From NCBI GenBank assembly GCA_964016885.1, contig OZ024741.1, forward strand, positions 75,268,001 to 75,332,000: DNA of 64,000 bases, written 5' to 3'. The translations under genes were made by a program, and so were the position numbers. This DNA comes from Eledone cirrhosa. Lineage: Eukaryota. This document shows positions 13,490 through 27,589 of this stretch, piece after piece (positions within the stretch are counted from its first letter, which is position 1; each line of letters starts with the position of its first letter). The notes below the pieces were generated by a model. It saw only the letters and a list, made by a program, of their open reading frames with translations, was not told where the DNA came from and made no database searches.

Positions 13490-14467
13490 ATGCAAGAAAA
13501 TACCAAACAATATGCAATCAAATTTTGTGTGAAACTCAATAAATCTGTCACTGAAACATTTAAATTTTTAATACAAGCTTATGGAAAAGCTACTCTATCG
13601 AGAAGTAATAATTTTAAATGGCACAAAGCATTCAAAGAAAGCCGAGAAAATGTTGAAAACAAACCTTGTTCTGGATGGACAATCTCATCAACAGATGAGC
13701 AAAATGTGGAACTGGTATGAGTGGTGATGGCCAAAGATTGCTGATTAAGTGTTAAGATGATTGCAGAAAAAACAAGTTTGGATTAAAATGCAGTACATAG
13801 AATTTTAACAGACCATTTGCACATGCAAAATATTTGTGCAAAACAAATCCTCAAAAACTTGTCTGTGGAGCAAAAAGCAAACCAGTTGTAAATTTATATT
13901 GATTTGCTTGAGACTCGAAATTAAGCCAAATTTCTGGATAAAGTAATAACAGAAGATGAATCATGGATGTCGGTGTACAATTGAAAGAAATAATAGCAAA
14001 GTTCTCCTCATCTGAAGAAAGTATGCATGAGCAAATCCAGAGGTTAAACGATGATTATCATTTTTTTGTGCCTTCTATAAAGATGTCTTGGAACGAATTC
14101 AAAAATGGGTCCAGACAGTCCGAAAGGACATTGCAGGAGATTGGGTAATGCACTAGGATAACGAGCCTGCTCACACAGTACTTTTGATTAGAGAATTTTT
14201 AGTGAAGAAAAACATTCCCACTCTTCCACAGTGATGATAAGATAATCTCTTCCCTAAGTAGAAATTAAAGCTTAAGGTTCATCATTTTGGATGTGTAGAA
14301 AATATACAAAAAATTGTTACCGATGAGCTCTGCTACAATTGATGGAAAATATGGAACTGTGTGACTTTCCAAGGATCGTATTTTGAAGGCGATAACTTGT
14401 AATTTCATGTGCATTCAATATACATTTAAATAAAACATCAGTATACTTACTTTTGGAACAAACCTCT
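13490..14467 (+). mobile_element. Degenerate mariner (Tc1/mariner) transposon
   Basis: QYAIKFCVKLNKSVTETFKFLIQAYG..LSRS..FKWHKAFKE (HTH), KVITEDESW (first catalytic Asp motif). Right end ...TTTTGGAACAAACCTC resembles a mariner TIR. Confidence 0.85.
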
Positions 14468-16373
14468 TGTGCATATATATATGGAGGCACATGGCTTAGT
14501 GGTTAGAGCATTGGCCTTGCAATCGAAAGGTTGTGAGTTCAATTCTCAGGCCGGGTGATGTGTTGTTTCCTTGAGCAAGACACTTTATTTCACATTGCTC
14601 CAGTTTACTCAGCTGTAGAAATGAGATGATAGGGACTGGGGTCCCTTTCATTCCACTGCAAAGTGGTCGTGCAGGTGCCACGGCAAAAAAGCATCCAGCA
14701 GTCACTGTAAATGAGGTTGGGGTTAGGAAGGGCATCCAGCTGTAGAAATCGAGCCAGAATCAGTTCCCGTCCCACCCTTGCAAGCAGGGAAAAAGCGGAC
14801 GTAAAATGAAATGAAAATGAAATGAAATAAATGGGGGCGACATCTTATCCCTCTTTCTGTCACACACACATGCACACACAAAAATGTTTTCAAAAATCTA
14901 TATATAAGCTATCCTCTTATATGTCTCTGTACTGAATGAGTAAGCACCACTGAAGATAAAGATCTTGAAATACTAATATACGACATGCTCATATGGTTAC
15001 TGGGTTAGCTGTGTCATGAATTGGAGCTTAAAATACCCACAATAAGACTTATACATAAACAAATTGCATGTGCTTCCATATATACCTCTCTCTCTCTCTG
15101 AATATATATTACTGTGTTTGTTCAACTGTTAATCTATATTATAATAAGAGTGCTGTCTGTTTGTCCACCCATCCGTCCCTCCATCTGTCACGCTCACTTT
15201 ATATAGAGAGGGAGAGCATCAAGAGAGATACGTACATAGATAGAGAGAAAAGGGAAAGCTGTGTGTTTTCGAGGTGACAGAGAGAGGTAGATGGACACAA
15301 AGCTACAACGTTGCCCTCATCTATATAGAGAGAAGGAGAGTTCCAAGCAAAAGAGATGTACATAAATAGAGAGAGAAAAAGGAATATCATTTGTTTAGAG
15401 AGAGAATGTGTGTGTGTGGATAAAGTAATAACAGAAGATGAATCATGGATGTCGGTGTACAATTGAAAGAAATAATAGCAAAGTTCTCCTCATCTGAAGA
15501 AAGTATGCATGAGCAAATCCAGAGGCTAAACGATAATTATCATTTTTTTGTGCCTTCTATAAAGATGTCTTGGAACGAATTCAAAAATGGGTCCAGACAG
15601 TCCGAAAGGACATTGCAGGAGATTGGGTACTGCACTAGGATAACGAGCCTGCTCACACAGTACTTTTGATTAGAGAATTTTTAGTGAAGAAAAACATTCC
15701 CACTCTTCCACAGTGATGATAAGATAATCTCTTCCCTAAGTAGAAATTAAAGCTTAAGGTTCATCATTTTGGATGTGTAGAAAATATACAAAAAATTGTT
15801 ACCGATGAGCTCTGCTACAATTGATGGAAAATATGGAACTGTGTGACTTTCCAAGGATCGTATTTTGAAGGCGATAACTTGTAATTTCATGTGCATTCAA
15901 TATACATTTAAATAAAACATCAGTATACTTACTTTTGGAACAAACCTCTTGTGCATATATATATGGAGGCACATGGCTTAGTGGTTAGAGCATTGGCCTT
16001 GCAATCGAAAGGTTGTGAGTTCAATTCTCAGACTGGGTGATGTGTTGTTTCCTTGAGCAAGACACTTTATATCATATTGCTCCAGTTTACTCAGCTGTAG
16101 AAATGAGATGATAGGGACTGGGGTCTCTATCATTCCACTGCAAAGTGGTCGTGCAGGTGCCACGGCAAAAAAGCACCCAGCAGTCACTGTAAATGAGGTT
16201 GGTGTTAGGAAGGGCATCCAGCTGTAGAAATCAAGCCAGAATCAGTTCCCGTCCCACCCTTGCAAGCAGGGAAAAGCGGACGTAAAATGAAATGATGATG
16301 ATGATGAAATGATATATAGTAATAATAATAAATGTGAAGACTAAATGAGGGCGATGTCTTCTCCCTCTTTCTG

Positions 16374-16415
<42 letters not shown>

Positions 16416-17475
16416 TCTCTCTCTAAACAAATGATATTCCTTTTTCTCTCTCTATTTATGTACATCTCTTTTGCTTGGAACTCTCCTTCTCTCTATATAG
16501 ATGAGGGCAACGTCGTAGCTTTGTGTCCATCTACCTCTCTCTGTCACCTCGAAAACACACAGCTTTCCCTTTTCTCTCTATCTATGTACGTATCTCTCTT
16601 GATGCTCTCCCTCTCTATATAAAGTGAGCGTGACAGATGGAGGGACGGATGGGTGGACAAACAGACAGCACTCTTATTATAATATAGATTAACAGTTGAA
16701 CAAACACAGTAATATATATTCAGAGAGAGAGAGAGGTATATATGGAAGCACATGCAATTTGTTTATGTATAAGTCTTATTGTGGGTATTTTAAGCTCCAA
16801 TTCATGACACAGCTAACCCAGTAACCATATGAGCATGTCGTATATTAGTATTTCAAGATCTTTATCTTCAGTGGTGCTTACTCATTCAGTACAGAGACAT
16901 ATAATAGGATAGCTTATATATAGATTTTTGAAAACATTTTTGTGTGTGCATGTGTGTGTGATAGAAAGATGGATAAGATGTCGCCCCCATTTATTTCATT
17001 TCATTTTCATTTCATTTTACGTCCGCTTTTTCCCTGCTTGCAAGGGTGGGACGGGAACTGATTCTGGCTCGATTTCTACAGCTGGATGCCCTTCCTAACC
17101 CCAACCTCATTTACAGTGACTGCTGGATGCTTTTTTGCCGTGGCACCTGCACGACCACTTTGCAGTGGAATGATAGGGACCCCAGTCCCTATCATCTCAT
17201 TTCTACAGCTGAGTAAACTGGAGCAATGTGAAATAAAGTGTCTTGCTCAAGGAAACAACACATCACCCGGTCTGAGAATTGAACTCACAACCTTTCGATT
17301 GCAAGGCCAATGCTCTAACCACTAAGCCATGTGCCTCCATATATATATGCACAAGAGGTTTGTTTCAAAAGTAAGTATACTGATGTTTTATTTAAATGTA
17401 TATTGGATGAAATTACAAGTTATCTCCTTCAAAATACAAACTTTGGGAAGTCACAGAGAAGTTCTATTTTTTCCC
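13935..17475. repeat. Complex local rearrangement: direct duplication (13935-14814 / 15417-16295) plus ~1.05 kb inverted duplication (~14350-15417 / ~16404-17475)
   Basis: Near-identical ORF translations at offset 1482 and mirror-image ORFs (15068+ / 16544-; 14496- / 17086+). Confidence 0.95.
14483..14830 (+). mobile_element. SINE family A: tRNA-derived head with RTE-derived 3' tail
   Basis: Box A TGGCTTAGTGG, box B GAGTTCAATTC. Tail CTTGCAAGCAGGGAAAAGCGGACGTAAAATGA is shared with RTE ends. Other copies at 15965-16310(+), 16991-17338(-), 19481-19837(-), 28605-28950(-), 28990-29267(-), 62740-63158(-). Confidence 0.85.
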
Positions 17476-17717
17476 ATATTTCTGGCTTGATGAGCTGGTA
17501 TTAATTAGCAGTAGAATAGAATGTATATATATAATTGTTTCAAATTTAGGCATAAGATCAGTAGTTTTTTTTTGTTTTTTTTTCAGTGCAGTGGTTTAAT
17601 TATATCAATTCCAGTACATTACTGGTACATTATTTTATTGACCCTTTATGTTTTTATATATTAAATCTCTTTATCAAAGCCATATAATGTGTATATATAT
17701 GTATATATGTGTGTGTA

Positions 17718-17880
17718 TCCCGAGTTCAATCAGTAACCACAGTAAGTAAGGTATTCAACACATGTAGTGTATATACAATATTTAATATATAAATGGGTTC
17801 TACAGGGCTTTCCTGATGATCTCCTTCGAATGAAATAGTTCTAGTACTGTAGAAACCATTTCTATATTAAATATTATATA
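17718..17880. mobile_element. Short fold-back insertion of a pLTR-like family (second copy at 61069-61245)
   Basis: Arms 17771-17805 / 17847-17880 flank CTGATGA...GAAATAGTTCTAGTA. The terminus (CCC.GTTCAAT...GTAACCACAGTA.GTAA) is shared with 61069-61245, and both abut microsatellites. Confidence 0.65.
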
Positions 17881-18179
17881 TATATCTTACAGTTGATTGA
17901 CAAGATCCCAAACTTCATTCGCTTAACGAGTGGAGTGGAGCTTGTCAAATGAGACCGAGGAAACAATGTTTCAATTAGTGTTTCCAATTATTAATACTAT
18001 CTACCAGTCATTAATCCAGCCAGAAAGAGCATGAAATAAAGTGTCTTGCTCAAGGACATAACATATCACCTGGTCTGGGAATAAAACTCACAACCTTATG
18101 ATTGTAACTCAGTCACTCTCTGTACATGTTATGTGTACATGTTATGACATAATTGCTATAAGTTATTGTTTTGTCTTAT

Positions 18180-18895
18180 ATATAGATACAAAACTCAGAA
18201 CTGCCACCTTCAATGTTGGCATCCTGAATGGTAAATTGAGTGAAGTTGTGGCTACTGCTAGAGAGGAGAAAAGTAGACATCTCCTGTGTACAGGAGGTGA
18301 GATGGAAGAGTCCCTCAACAAGACTACTGACAGGTAAACAGCATAGATACAAGCTTTACTGCATAGGAAATGATGATGGGGTAGGAGGTTTAGGCATCTT
18401 ACTAGCTGATAAATGGATTGATAAAGTGACAGAAGTAGTTATGGTAAGCATCAGAATTATCAAGCTTAGGTTAGCAGTAGGAATTAAAATGGCGACAATT
18501 ACAGCTACCTATGCCCAACAGACAGGATTGAGTAAAGAACAAAAAGACAGGGTCTATGAAAACTTTTACAGATGACTTCAGGTACTGATAAAGGTAACCG
18601 CATCATCCTAATAGCCGACTTTATCGGACATGTGGGGCAGTATCAGGATGGATTCAGTGGACTTCCCAGTTGGCTGTGGTTATGGCTCAAGAAATGAAGA
18701 AGGATTGAAACACCTGAAATTCTGGTGACACGAATTAACTAATAATTTGCAACACAAATGCCAGGAAACCAGCCAGCCACCTAATCTCTTATCAGGTGAA
18801 CACAAAAGCCAAATTGACTATTTACTTGCTAGACCACAAGACAAATGGACTGTAATAGATACTGAGGCCTTCCCTGGAGAGGAATGTACAGCTCC
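18180..18895 (+). mobile_element. RTE-clade LINE fragment, APE endonuclease domain
   Basis: LRTATFNVG, RRKVDISCVQEVRWK, GVGGLGILL, YAQQTG, SQIDYLL. Confidence 0.85.
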
Positions 18896-19035
18896 TATAA
18901 TTTCCTTTTATAATACATTTACTCCATCAAAGATGGATGAGTTGCATAACGTCAAGTGCTTTTCTTATATTACGTCATGGCTAACGTTGCTGAATGACTA
19001 ATTAGAATTATTTGGTGATAAACCACCAAATTTAA

Positions 19036-19088
<53 letters not shown>

Positions 19089-19198
19089 GAAGGTGAGTTT
19101 TATTGTAGTACAATAAAGCAATGCAGATATCGGATAAGAAGCACTCTACAATTTGTACATAATATATAAGATCAAAAGATGGTTAAATGAGTTCCATA

Positions 19199-19277
19199 TA
19201 TTTTATTATGTGCATTTCAAAAACAAATATCATCATGCAATAATATAATAATATTTGTGTTTTCATCAGATAAAATA
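19199..19277 (-). ncRNA. Type I hammerhead ribozyme in a solo pLTR-like fragment (19086-19335) embedded in (TA)n
   Basis: TATTTTAT-CTGATGA-AAACACAAATAT...ATATTTGTTTTT-GAAA-TGCACA-TA-ATAAAATA. 8 bp stem I, 12 bp stem II with one mismatch. Confidence 0.85.
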
Positions 19278-19376
19278 GGAAGACATGATATGAAGGTTAA
19301 AGAACACTTGTGGATAGTGCAGTTTTAAATCAACATATATATATATATATATTCATACTATATATATATATATTCA

Positions 19377-19437
<61 letters not shown>

Positions 19438-19887
19438 TACTATATATATATATATATATTCATACTATATATATATATATCATCATCATCATCATCATTT
19501 CATTTTACGTCCGCTTTTCCCTGCTTGCAAGGGTGGGACGGGAACTGATTCTGGCTTGATTTTTACAGCTGGATGCCCTGCCTAACACCAACCTCATTTA
19601 CAGTGTGGGCTGGGTGCTTCTTTGCCATGACACCTCCACGACCACTCTACAGTGGAATGATATGAATATATATATATATATATATATATATTCATACTAT
19701 ATATATTCATTTCTACAGCTGAGTAAACTGGAGCAATGTGAAATAAAGTGTCCTGCTCAAGGAAACAACACATCACCCGGTCTGAGAATTGAACTCACAA
19801 CCTTTCGATTGCAAGGCCAATGCTCTAACCACTAAGCATATTATGGAATACTGTTAGCTTCTCGCTACAACAATTTCTATACTTTTC

Positions 19888-19948
<61 letters not shown>

Positions 19949-19958
19949 CATACATATA

Positions 19959-20802
19959 TACGTACATACATATATGTATACAGACGTACAGTAGTATGTA
20001 TATATATATATATACATACATGCACACATATATATATATGTACGTATGGATTCACCAAACATTTGTTATAATGCTTGGTGTGTTTGTAAACAAACATTCC
20101 GAATTAAGCCGTACAGTGTCTAGCAACCATCGTTGCTCATTTGTTCAACACTGACAAAGGAACGCTGTACTAGTTTCAAGCTTATTAGCTATCATCAGCA
20201 ACATATACCTTCCTGCCAGATGGTTGAACGTCTGAAAGTATATACTTTCCTTATGCATATTAACAGCTGAGCAGCCTAATTTGCATATCGAGTGAGTTAA
20301 TGGGCCGGGGTACAGAAAACGATAAAAGGAAAAAATGAAATGAAATTTCATTTCTCACTCTTAGTACGGCTGTTACTTAAATATAAGTATGTATACGTAC
20401 ATACATATATGTATACAGACGTACAGTAGTATGTATATATATATATATACATACATGCACACATATATATATGTACGTATGGATTCACCGAACATTTATT
20501 ATAATGCTTGGTGTGTTTGTAAACAAACATCCCAAATTAAGCCGTACAGTGTTGAACAAATGAGCAATGATGGCTGCTAGACATGTACGGCTTAATTCGG
20601 GATGTTTGTTTAGAAACACACCGAGCATTATAATAAATGTTCGGTGAATCCATACGTACATATATATATGTGTGCATGTATGTATATATACATACTACTG
20701 TACGTCTGTATACATATATGTATGTACGTATACATACTTATATTTAAGTAACAGCCGTACTAAGAGTGAGAAATGAAATTTCGTTTCATTTTTTCCGTTT
20801 AT
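19959..20802 (-). mobile_element. Retrozyme-like element: ~434 nt unit in ~1.4 tandem copies plus an inverted copy (20547-20802), in (TA)n
   Basis: Direct repeat offset 433-435, palindromic arms around 20547-20584, HHR at 20163-20203, no ORF. Confidence 0.75.
20163..20203 (-). ncRNA. Minimal type I hammerhead ribozyme
   Basis: TGTTG-CTGATGA-TAGCT-AATA-AGCTT-GAAA-CTAG-TA-CAGCG, palindromic ACTAGT stem III, GUA cleavage triplet. Confidence 0.85.
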
Positions 20803-20820
20803 ATATATATATATATATAT

Positions 20821-21590
<770 letters not shown>

Positions 21591-21967
21591 ACATATATAT
21601 TCATACTATATATATATATTCATACTATATATATATATATATTTACACAATATATATGATCGACAAATATAGCTTTGCTTAAGAGACTGAATATTATGTA
21701 CCACTTCAGAGTAGAGTATTGCCTTAAGTTTAAAAGGTGTGTTTGCTGTTTTACTTTTGAAATATCTGTTAGTATTTTATGTTTAATCAGATTGGTCTAT
21801 AATTTGTTTCATATAAAGGTGTGTTTAATGAGCATTGTGTCATGGTCAATGTCTGAAACATTTTTCAATAGTCCCAAAATGACTAATACTGGTATTTCTG
21901 TAGTTGTCTATCTGTTTTATGTATCTAGTAAATTTGTTTTAAGAACGAGGCATTTAAATCTTATTTC

Positions 21968-22032
<65 letters not shown>

Positions 22033-22679
22033 ATAGATAGATATAGATATATCTGCATTCTTGCCCTTGTTACATTCTAAACAAAACAAACTACACACTC
22101 TGTCTCTACCATGTTAATGTTGTCTCTTCAATGTAAATACCCACGTTATCATAAAAAACCCAGCCATGAAAAGATAAGACCATTCAAGCTATATTTTGAA
22201 TTTACTTTTTCCAAACTTTCTCCCTCTCTTCTTTGTGGTCCCCCATTCGTTTATTTCAATGTTCAATGCTTTTTAAATGCTTCTGACTCTCTAGAAGCAA
22301 AACCCAGCCTCCATGTTGTCTCTTCGAAATCATTTCTGCATCCACCTCCTCCAACCCTATCTACCATATTCTGGTTAGCTGTTTGGCAAACATGGCTCTT
22401 GAGCCCCTCCAATCATTACTTCTCACAGTTACCCTGTTACATTATATTTTATATGTATGTATTTACATGTATACTATGTATATATATATATATATATATA
22501 TATACATTACATATCTAAGTGTGATGTGTATGTATATTGGGTGTGTGTACTATGTTGTATGTATATATTGTGTACTGTCTCTATATGTGTGTTAATGTAT
22601 ATTATATATGTATATTGTGTATTATGTACTGTTTGCTATATACAATCATATGTAGTATATATATATCATATATGTACCC

Positions 22680-23515
22680 AGCAGAAATATTACTATGAGC
22701 AAGGTATGGTGTGGCCAACTGACCAAGACTTGTCTCATAACAGTACCACCCAGTTCCACATTGTAAACAGGGTTGGCAGCAAGAAGGGCATCCAGCAGCC
22801 ATAAAAACCCAGCCTAAACTCGGCCCCACTATGAGCAAAGGATGGCGCAGCCAACTGGCCAGACCTCCCTCATAATGGGACAACCCAGCTCCCAAAATAT
22901 GGCATCACTGTGAGCAAGGTATGACCCTCCTCATAACGGTACCACCTAGTTCCACACTCTAAACGTGGTTGGTGTTAGGAAGGGCTTCCAGCAGCCGTAA
23001 AAACCCAGCTTACACAGAGTCCCAATATTTGCAAGGTAGAGTGCAGCCAACTGACCAGATTTGTTTCATAACAGGACTACCTAGTTCCACACTGTAAATG
23101 TGGTTGGTGTTAGAAAGTGCATCCAGCTGCAAAAACCCCAGCCAAAATACAGTTCCATTTTAACAAGGCACAGCATAGTCAGCTGGCCAGACTTGCCTCA
23201 ATAATGGCGCCACCCAGTTTCACACTCTAAACATGATTGGCAGTTAGAAGGGCACCAGCAGCTGTAAAATCCCAGCCTAAACTTATCCCCACTATGAGCA
23301 AGGCATGGTGCAGCCAACTGGCCAGCCATCCCTCTTAATGGGACCACCCAGCTCCCAAAATAGGATTCCACTGTAAGCAGGGTATGATGTGGACAACTGG
23401 TCAAACACTCCTCATAACGATTCCACCCAGTTCCCAACTCTAAACGGTGTTGGTGCTAGGAAGGGCATCTAGCAGTTGTAGAAACCCAACCAACATACAG
23501 TCCTGACATGTGCAA
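22680..23515 (+). repeat. Degenerate tandem array derived from the RTE/SINE 3' UTR segment
   Basis: GTTGG.GTTAGGAAGGGCATCCAGC-like motif recurs about 5 times at ~130-210 bp spacing. Confidence 0.65.
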
Positions 23516-24026
23516 GCTGAAAAAACTCTCTATATGTACATAATTAGGTCGCGCGCATGTGCCTGATTGTGTATGGATGGCTTTTGGATAGGTTACACTA
23601 TTTACACTCTCAGATACTCATCTGTATGTATATATATATATGCCTCACACCCTTCCACCACTTGTTCATTTTATTGTTTATTCTTATGTTTATTTTTACA
23701 TTTATTTTTATTTTTATTTGTTCTCCTTCCCCCTTTTTTTTATGTATTTCCACCCCTCCTCCACACACCCTCGGAACTCTCTTCCTAACCTATTTCCTCC
23801 TAACCCAGTTAGACCATTACTCACTAGAGTAGGATGGCTAATATGAAAAATTCGGGCTCTGACAGCTGAGCTCTGGCCATTCAGATCTAGCTGTTGAACT
23901 GACCGGAGCGCAGCCATCGGCATCCCGAACTTTTCATATATATATATATAGAGAGAGAGATAGATATGTGTGTGTATGTGTATGTGTGTGTGTGTGTGTG
24001 TATATATGTGTGTGTATATGTGTGTG

Positions 24027-24074
<48 letters not shown>

Positions 24075-24221
24075 CATCATCATCATTTAACTTCTATCTT
24101 CCACGCTAGCATGGGTTAGACTAAATACATAAATTAATTTTTTATGTGACTTATTATTTTGTTATATCTTTATAGATGTTTTATAGATTTTTTAGCAATA
24201 TAGAAATGTATACATTAATTT

Positions 24222-25086
24222 ATCTACCACTATTAGCCGTTAAAGGGTTCTCCCTAAAAATGAAAGGCAGGCTGTATGATGCCTGCATACGAACAGCAAT
24301 GTTACATGGCAGTGAGACCTGGGCATTGTGTGCAGAGGATATACGCAGACTAGAGAGGAACAAAGCTTGCATGCTCCGCTGGATGTGTAACAGTAATATA
24401 CGTGAACGGCAAAGCATAAACGAACTAAGGGAAATATTAGAAATAAGAGGGATCAGATGTTGTTTACTCGAGAGAAGGCTACGTTGGTATGGTCACGTGA
24501 TGCGCATGAAAGACGACAGCTGTATAAAAAAGTGCAGGGCAATAAAAATAGACGGTAGCCACGGAGTAGGCAGACCCAGAAAAACCTGGGATGACTTGAT
24601 AAATTCCGACCTCACACACTTACACCTCTCCAAGACAATGTCACTGGACCGAGAGCTTTGGCGCTACACAGTAATAGAGAAGACCCGCCTTACCTAAGTA
24701 CAAAGTGAAACCTACTACAGTCAGTAGGCACCTCTAACAAAATACACCCCCGTCCCACTACCGCCACCTCATCCACACCACCCCTGTCAATGTAAAGTTA
24801 TGTTGGTACCACAACATCCAACCCGAAACAAATGAGGTCGTGTAGGTGTCACGACAAAAAAACACACAGTCCACGCTGTAATGTGGCCATGTAGGTAACA
24901 CGGTAAAAACCTCCCAGTTCCACACTGTAAATGTGGTTGGTGTTAGGAAGGGCATCCAGCCGTAGAAAACCCGCCAGACATTACTATGCGAGCAAGACAA
25001 CCACTCTTGCCTCAAGTGGGAAAACACCCCTCCAAACCCATGCAAGCGTGGAATATGGACGTTAAACGATGGTGATGATGATGATG
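24222..25086 (+). mobile_element. 5'-truncated RTE LINE with (GAT)n tail
   Basis: KGRLYDACIRTAMLHGSETWAL..RRLRWYGHVMRM..GRPRKTW. Confidence 0.9.
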
Positions 25087-25561
25087 AATTTAAATAATAT
25101 ATGAGTTAAATAAGGAAAGGGAAGTATGGGTCAATTGTGCAGATTTGCTTATGCATATATCTAAATCTCTCCCTATACACTTGATTAGCTTTTATGTATA
25201 TTATAATATGTATGAATAGATTTTGTTGGGTTTAGTTATTAGTTATGCCTCCTTTTCTTTTGTTTTTCTGCCTGCACATGAATATGTATGCACCTATGCC
25301 TTTATACACAATTTCTTATTTTTTGTATACCTGTTTGTGCATTTCTCTGTATTTTATACTTATTATTTTCATTTTATTTTTACTTATTTTGTCTATCTAT
25401 ACAGATTTATATGTTCACCTAGATAATAAATAAGTTAGAATGCAGAGTAGATGTACAAATCAGATATGCAGATTTGAGGTTGTCCATTTAAATAAAATTT
25501 GTTTATTTATATTCCCTTTTATGAACACATTTTACATACATATATAAATGTGGTGCTGAAT

Positions 25562-26355
25562 ATCATCATCATCATCATCATCATCACCGTTTTACGTCCG
25601 TTCTTCCACGCCAGCATGGGTTAGACGGGTTGTCCTGTTGTGGGCAGTGTCTGGTCGGCTGACCATGCCTTGCTCATACAGGAACTGATTTGGCTTGATT
25701 TCTACAGCTGGATGCCCTTCCTAACACCAACCTCATTTACAGTGAGTGCTGGGTGCTTGGCGCCTACACGTCCACTTTACAGTGTGGGCTGGGTGCTTTT
25801 TTGCCGTGGCACCTCCACGACCACCTTGCGGTGGGGGATGTGGGGGCATATTGTCTATATGCTTCAGCTTGTACCCATGGGAGGTCGGGTACTCTGTATT
25901 ACTGCGTGACGCCAGAGGTCACGGTCGTGTGTCATTGCCTTTGAGAGGTGTAATTGGGTAAGGTCGGCTTTTATCACCTCATCCCAGGTCATCTTGGGTC
26001 TCCCCACTCCACGGTTTCCATCGACTTCTAGTGCTCTGCACCTCTTTATGCAGCTGTCATCCTTCATATGCATCACATGTCCATACCAGCGCAACCGCCT
26101 CTCCTGCACACAGCATTTGATTCCTCTTATGCTCAGTCTCTCTCTCAATTCATTTATGCTTTGTCGTTCACGTATATTACTGTTACACATCCATCGGAGC
26201 ATGCAGGCTTTGTTTCTCTCTAATCTACGTAAGTCTTCCACCTTCAGCGCCCAGGTCTCACTACCATGCAACATTGCTTTTCGGATACACGCATCATACA
26301 GTCTGCCTTTCATTCTGAGGGAGAAGCCTTTTGCAGCTAGCAGTGGTAGTAGTTG
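25562..26355 (-). mobile_element. 5'-truncated RTE LINE with (GAT)n tail
   Basis: ORF 25864-26313 KGRLYDACIRKAMLHGSETW..RRLRWYGHVMHM..GRPKMTW. Confidence 0.9.
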
Positions 26356-26856
26356 AATATGTATTAATATATAATTATGAATGGAAAAATAAATCCACTC
26401 CCAAATGTTATTATGATCATACTGTTAGAAACATAAATATAAACTTAATCAAATATACTCTTCATAAAAAGAAACAAAAATATTTCATAACTACTTTTAA
26501 AAAATAACTATATGTACATAAATGTTTATAAAAATAACATAGACACATTATTTATCGATATTTAAAGAAGGAACTAAATTAACTAACACTGCTATAGAAC
26601 GGTATGTCGACATACTATAATATTAATAGTTTTATATATTTGTGTATCAAATATAAATAATAAATGGTTTTCATAAATGTGTTCTTTAAAAGTAAGGAAA
26701 ATATATATAATATATTCATTTCAAGTAAAAAATATTTAATATACATGAATAAATAGTTCGATAATAGCATAAATTGTGAAACTAGGAACCAAATTTTAAT
26801 TAATACCGTTTAGTAATAATAATTCACTTGTATGAAAATCTAAAGTAGGAATTCTA

Positions 26857-27295
26857 TTTTTTTTTTTTAATAAATCTATAATTTATTCAAAAGCAAAAAA
26901 ACAAACCTTACTTTGTAAGAAAAACAAAAAGGGGGGGGGGGGGCAAAAGGAAAGAAAGACTAAGGAAATATAGGAAAAAAAGAGAGAAAGAAAGAAGAAA
27001 AAGAATGGGAAAGGGAGGGGATGGCAAGAGCTCTAGTGTCGCAGAAGGGAGGGGGTGAGAGGGAGGGGATTGGGCTTTGGGCCTAGGGCAAAGGGGCAGG
27101 AGTGCTGTGCCCTGCTGATAAGACAGCAAAAGCATTCCCCCAGACGATGGCCAGTGACACCCGCTGCAACAGCCACCCAACCTCGCGGGACTCCCTCCGC
27201 AGATGGGCTGCCAACGCTCGAAGGAGCACAGCAGTACAGGGTCCAAGTATGCCTGAGGTCTCGACGGTGACCGTGCAAAGAGGAAGCAGCTGGAC
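26857..27295 (-). mobile_element. 3' end of a CRE-like non-LTR retrotransposon (restriction-like endonuclease C-terminus) with poly(A)
   Basis: VETSGILGP..LL..LA..L..WLLQRVSLAIVWGNA, pyrimidine-rich 3' UTR, AATAAA and an A-run. Confidence 0.7.
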
Positions 27296-27589
27296 AAACC
27301 CCGGTATTTGTTTATTTACATTCTTTTGCAAGGCAGGTTGCAAAGCCAGGGTTTGTGGCCGAGTGGGGCAGTAATACTCTTCCTGAAGAGCAGCCTGATG
27401 GAATACCTCTGTCTTCTTTTAAGCTAATTTCTATCCCAAAGAGGTTGGCCACACCTCTGTGAAGTAGGAAGTGATACACTACAAGGCACTTTCTGTATAG
27501 GCAACAAGAACAGCAGAATTAGCAAAGTGGAGGTCTCAGATCAGTTGTTCCAGGTTTTTCATGTGGGCCTGTAATCAATGAAGATTAAA

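Noticed and set aside
14483-14555. tRNA gene
   Set aside because: Box A/B present but no proper acceptor stem; it is the head of a multi-copy SINE
14496-14735. Multi-copy 79 aa MPFLTPTSF protein family
   Set aside because: Antisense translation of SINE A
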